A DNA stretch of 64,000 bases from Candidatus Hodarchaeota archaeon (GTDB lineage Archaea; Asgardarchaeota; Lokiarchaeia; Sigyniarchaeales; SOKP01): the NCBI GenBank assembly GCA_048886685.1, contig JBHLKM010000007.1:111190-175189 (forward strand), written 5' to 3'. A program made the translations under genes and the position numbers. Position 1 is the first letter of the stretch. Every line of letters begins with the position of its first letter. Positions 60,887 through 64,000 of the stretch are shown here, in pieces. The notes beneath the pieces were generated by a model. The model worked only from the letters and a program-made list of their open reading frames with translations, was not told where the DNA came from and searched no databases.

Positions 60887-61832
60887 TTATATAGTAGATT
60901 CATCGAAGTTTCTCCTTTTTTTAATAAAATTTCTTATTAGGATTCCAGTAAGCACGGTAAATGATCCAACACCTATTATAGGAATAATCCAAAAAATTTC
61001 ACCTAGTATCGAAGATCCATTTTCCTTTTCGACCTTCTGATAATTTTCTAAGACTGTTTGAGTATTAACTATTGCTAACTTACGGTAAAAGTAGTAGTCG
61101 TCATGATGAGAATATGAATTTTTTTCCTCTAAATAATTCCATCGATGAGCATGCAAAGTTTCAGCCACAAGAAGACCAGTATTTTTATCGAAAAAGTAAT
61201 CAGCATTAAAAGTCCAATGTGTAAGTGATTCTCAGGTTATTCCCTGAGTATTCCAAGAATATGTTGCATTGTAATGATAAGTGGTAAAATTATGCATAAA
61301 ATTCTCGTTTAATGTTACTTCTCTTGCATAATTAAATTCAATGTTTATTTTCTTTATTCCTAATGATAGATCATCTCTTAAATATTCGGCAAAAATCACA
61401 TTCTCATCTATTCGAAATGACTGAGGATTTCCTATATTTGAAAGATTCAGAAATAATTCCGTGGAAGTGCCTATAAAGTAATTATCGTAAAAATTGTTAT
61501 TTGTATCCAATATTTCACGGGTTTTAAGAGATATTTCATAAGAAAAGTGTTTCATAGCAGATGTCAATACTAAATCACCGTAATATACAGCAACTTTTAA
61601 AATATCATTATCTCCTCTGGTGATTTTATTTAATTCTATCGCATATTTCGTTGTAGAATATCCTCTTTCTTGTGGATTGAATTCAATAGAATATTCAATG
61701 TGTTTGATATCATTGAGATCTTCATACTCCGTAAATTCTTGTCCCTTAACCGGCATCAGGGTTCCTATAAATGAAATAGATAGTCCTGTAAGTATTATAA
61801 GTAAAAAAGTAATGTATCTAAACTTATGACAA
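60887..61832 (-). pseudogene. Disrupted surface/secreted protein gene (signal peptide + C-terminal TM anchor)
   Basis: ORFs 61232-61756 and 60887-61168 are in one frame separated by a single TGA (61232-61234). Read-through gives ...QGIT*ESLTHWTFNADYFFDKNTGLLVAET... Upstream in-frame signal peptide KFRYITFLLIILTGLSISFIG has no in-frame start; the SD-associated TTG at 61832 is out of frame. Confidence 0.72.
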
Positions 61833-62091
61833 AAGGTTCACCTAAAGATTTATCTTATCACCACTATTTTTAATTCAAATTATTGAAAAATGAGGTCGAA
61901 ATAGATTTTAAAAGTAGTTGTTTAAGAATATAACTTGGATCATGATTTTACTTTTTAATTATTACTGTTCTTGTTTTAAATTTTTTCTTTAAGTTTAAAA
62001 TATAATTCTAGTCTCTTACAATTAGCAAAATTTCTTCAGATTGCTGACTTTAATAAAGATCTCCAATAATTCAATAATAAGAAAGAAGATT

Positions 62092-62664
62092 TTATGGCTT
62101 CAGGACTTCAGTGGTTATCATTTTTTGAATTTTTCTGATTTTTTTATTCGCTTCTTTATCACTTGGATCCATTATAATAATTCGTATCAAAATCAATCCG
62201 GTTTTGCTAAAACGGGGTGTTGATATGATAATTTCATTATCTTTCTTCTTATAAACCATACTTTGTTCTTTCAAAACGATTTCTATATCTTGTCCATATT
62301 TCTGTTTGGCTTCAAGATCATTTAAAGTAAAATAACAATCTTGGTTACGCGCAAAAAATGTAATAGACCAATAGACACTTTCAGGTACTTTTGCCCGAAT
62401 CTTCAAGAATTTTCTATGAACATCATAAATGCAAGAAGAAACCATAGCGTGGGGTGTTGGATAAGGTACAAATCGGGATGCTGCGGAAGTTACAGGTCCA
62501 TGTAGAAATATATTTGGTGTGCGATAATTCGGGAATCCTTTTAGCCGTCTATCCGTAAGAATGTAAGCATATAGAGTTATTCCTAGGATGTACATCAACC
62601 TTGTAAGAATAAGAGTTATTATGATCCATACCAATATCTCAATAAATACCACAATCATACTCAA
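62092..62664 (-). CDS. DUF1254-like membrane-anchored protein
   Basis: N-terminal TM; P.P......C.YD, VPESVYWSITFF...DCYFTLND, GLILIR. Confidence 0.65.
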   Translation of the reverse strand: MSMIVVFIEILVWIIITLILTRLMYILGITLYAYILTDRRLKGFPNYRTPNIFLHGPVTSAASRFVPYPTPHAMVSSCIYDVHRKFLKIRAKVPESVYWSITFFARNQDCYFTLNDLEAKQKYGQDIEIVLKEQSMVYKKKDNEIIISTPRFSKTGLILIRIIIMDPSDKEANKKIRKIQKMITTEVLKP

Positions 62665-63239
62665 TCCTCTCGAATAATTTGTGGTAAGTTTGTATTTTCA
62701 CCATTTTCGATCATAGAAGGCATGGGGTTATAACAGCGTAAACTTATTCGAAGATTCCCACTTTGATCTCCTAAGAGGATCCAATTACCAGGTTGCTGTT
62801 CGGTTGAAAGTTTTATTATCCATGATCCGTCTATTTCACGCTTAATATCAGTTTTGGAAAAGGAATATCGATTATATTGATTAGGAATGAAATAGCCATC
62901 TCGATTTATAGTTAGACACCACCACCGTGTATCGGGATCAGTACCCTCAATCCTATATTTATGATTGTACGTAATCCGGTCTCCATTAGAATCGACGCCA
63001 GTTCTCCAGTAAATGGCTTCATCGCGATTCATTCCAAAACCTGCGTATTTAGCAATTCTAACACGGTGAATTCTTAAGGCCTCTTTACTAGCTTCCTCGC
63101 GTCGGTTAGTACGCCAAGAGTCATTCCTTATAATATCATAACCCTTAGTAGTAGCATGTCGGAGTTGATACCAAACCCAAAAATAAGCCAAGCAAGCCGC
63201 TACAATAGGGCTTGAAATAATCAATATAATAAGAATCAT
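62661..63239 (-). CDS. DUF1214-like membrane-anchored protein
   Basis: N-terminal TM; EAIY...DSNG, YRIEG, WW.LT, N..NRYS, DGSW.I.LS, GNWI, LR.YNP. 4-nt overlap with the downstream gene. Confidence 0.75.
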   Translation of the reverse strand: MILIILIISSPIVAACLAYFWVWYQLRHATTKGYDIIRNDSWRTNRREEASKEALRIHRVRIAKYAGFGMNRDEAIYWRTGVDSNGDRITYNHKYRIEGTDPDTRWWCLTINRDGYFIPNQYNRYSFSKTDIKREIDGSWIIKLSTEQQPGNWILLGDQSGNLRISLRCYNPMPSMIENGENTNLPQIIRED

Positions 63240-63686
63240 TATAAGTGCTTTCTCTATTTTTTTTATAAATAGTTATTCGTAAGATTTAGTCAAATAAAAA
63301 CTTATTATATTAATAACTGTATAGTTAAGATTCATTCCTAAAATCATAATCATTACCTAAAGCATACAGTCACTTCTTTTAGAGTTAATATATGCATCTC
63401 TATTATAAAATTAAAATTTAAAAGTTTGAATTTCATTATTAAAATTAGTAGAGAAATAATGCATTTATAAATGAAACACAGATACCCAAATGTTTTGGTA
63501 GATGCACGAGGAGGGCAAATGTTAAGTATTTACCTCTCTCAATTTATGTTTATAATAGATATGCAACGGATGTCAGTGACATTCACAAAATTGAAAAAAG
63601 TAGCAACTTTATTTAATAAAATTGATAATGATAATAATGAGATCTAATACACTAATATTCATATATAAAATAACAGTTATTTAAAA

Positions 63687-64000
63687 ATGGAAGGAATTAG
63701 ACAAGAAGGACTAGAATTAACATACAAGATTTGTATTTTCGGGGATAAAGGTGTTGGAAAGACAACATTGGTAAATCGTTATATCACAGATAAATTTCAT
63801 GAAAATATACAAGCGACTCTTGGGGCATCAATACATGTTAAATACTTAGAGTTAGAGAATGGAATAATAACACTTCAAGTATGGGATTTTGGTGGTCATA
63901 AGAGGTTTAAATTCCTGATATCATCTTATGCTCAAGGTTCAGCTGGAGGAATTTTTATGTTTGATCTTACTAATTATGAAAGTTTAATTGCTTTAAATGA
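63687..64000 (+). CDS. Rab/Ras-like small GTPase, 3'-truncated by window edge (absent from ORF track)
   Basis: Hand translation MEGIRQEGLELTYKICIFGDKGVGKTTLVNRY...QATLG...LQVWDFGGHKRFKFLISSYAQGSAGGIFMFDLT. Confidence 0.9.
   Translation, partial: MEGIRQEGLELTYKICIFGDKGVGKTTLVNRYITDKFHENIQATLGASIHVKYLELENGIITLQVWDFGGHKRFKFLISSYAQGSAGGIFMFDLTNYESLIALN

Noticed and set aside
63471-63647. 58-codon ORF upstream of the last GTPase
   Set aside because: No motif or SD, and an overlapping frame is similarly open, so it cannot be supported as a gene.
1-64000. rRNA, tRNA, CRISPR arrays, and the remaining short ORF-track entries overlapping long genes
   Set aside because: No GC-rich structured RNA gene or regularly spaced repeat was seen by eye (tRNAscan/Infernal not run). 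The short overlapping ORFs lack motifs and lie within well-supported genes.

Overview
Strongly AT-rich, gene-dense archaeal chromosomal segment, most likely Asgard (Lokiarchaeia/Promethearchaeia-like). This is inferred from archaeal informational genes (Lsm, RIO2, aEF-1beta, archaeal TyrS), three unprenylated Rab/Ras-like GTPases, receiver-less multi-PAS histidine kinases and large signal-peptide/C-terminal-TM surface proteins. Main content in order: partial ATP-grasp gene + M14 peptidase; orphan N6-adenine MTase; PPP phosphatase, Lsm, RIO2; a por (2-oxoacid:ferredoxin oxidoreductase) operon split by three opposite-strand PAS kinases; two tandem ino1 paralogues; mutS, a GT87-like gene and mutL; an operon of surface protein, Zn/winged-helix protein and small GTPase; tyrS flanked by iorB and a decayed iorB 3' copy; iorAB; a 12.7-kb hdrCB-frhB-hdrA(split)-mvhD::wHTH-hdrA-mvhD-flxCBA-like cluster; and an accessory right end (AhpD/CMD, MFS, DUF362 protein with EF-hand, a pseudogene with in-frame TGA, a DUF1254/DUF1214 pair, a partial GTPase). 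I saw no rRNA, tRNA, CRISPR array or intact IS. The best candidates for an undescribed system are the surface-protein/Zn-wHTH/GTPase module (29126-34662) and the ATP-grasp/M14 writer-eraser pair (1-1608). Family assignments come from motif recognition by eye, not database searches.
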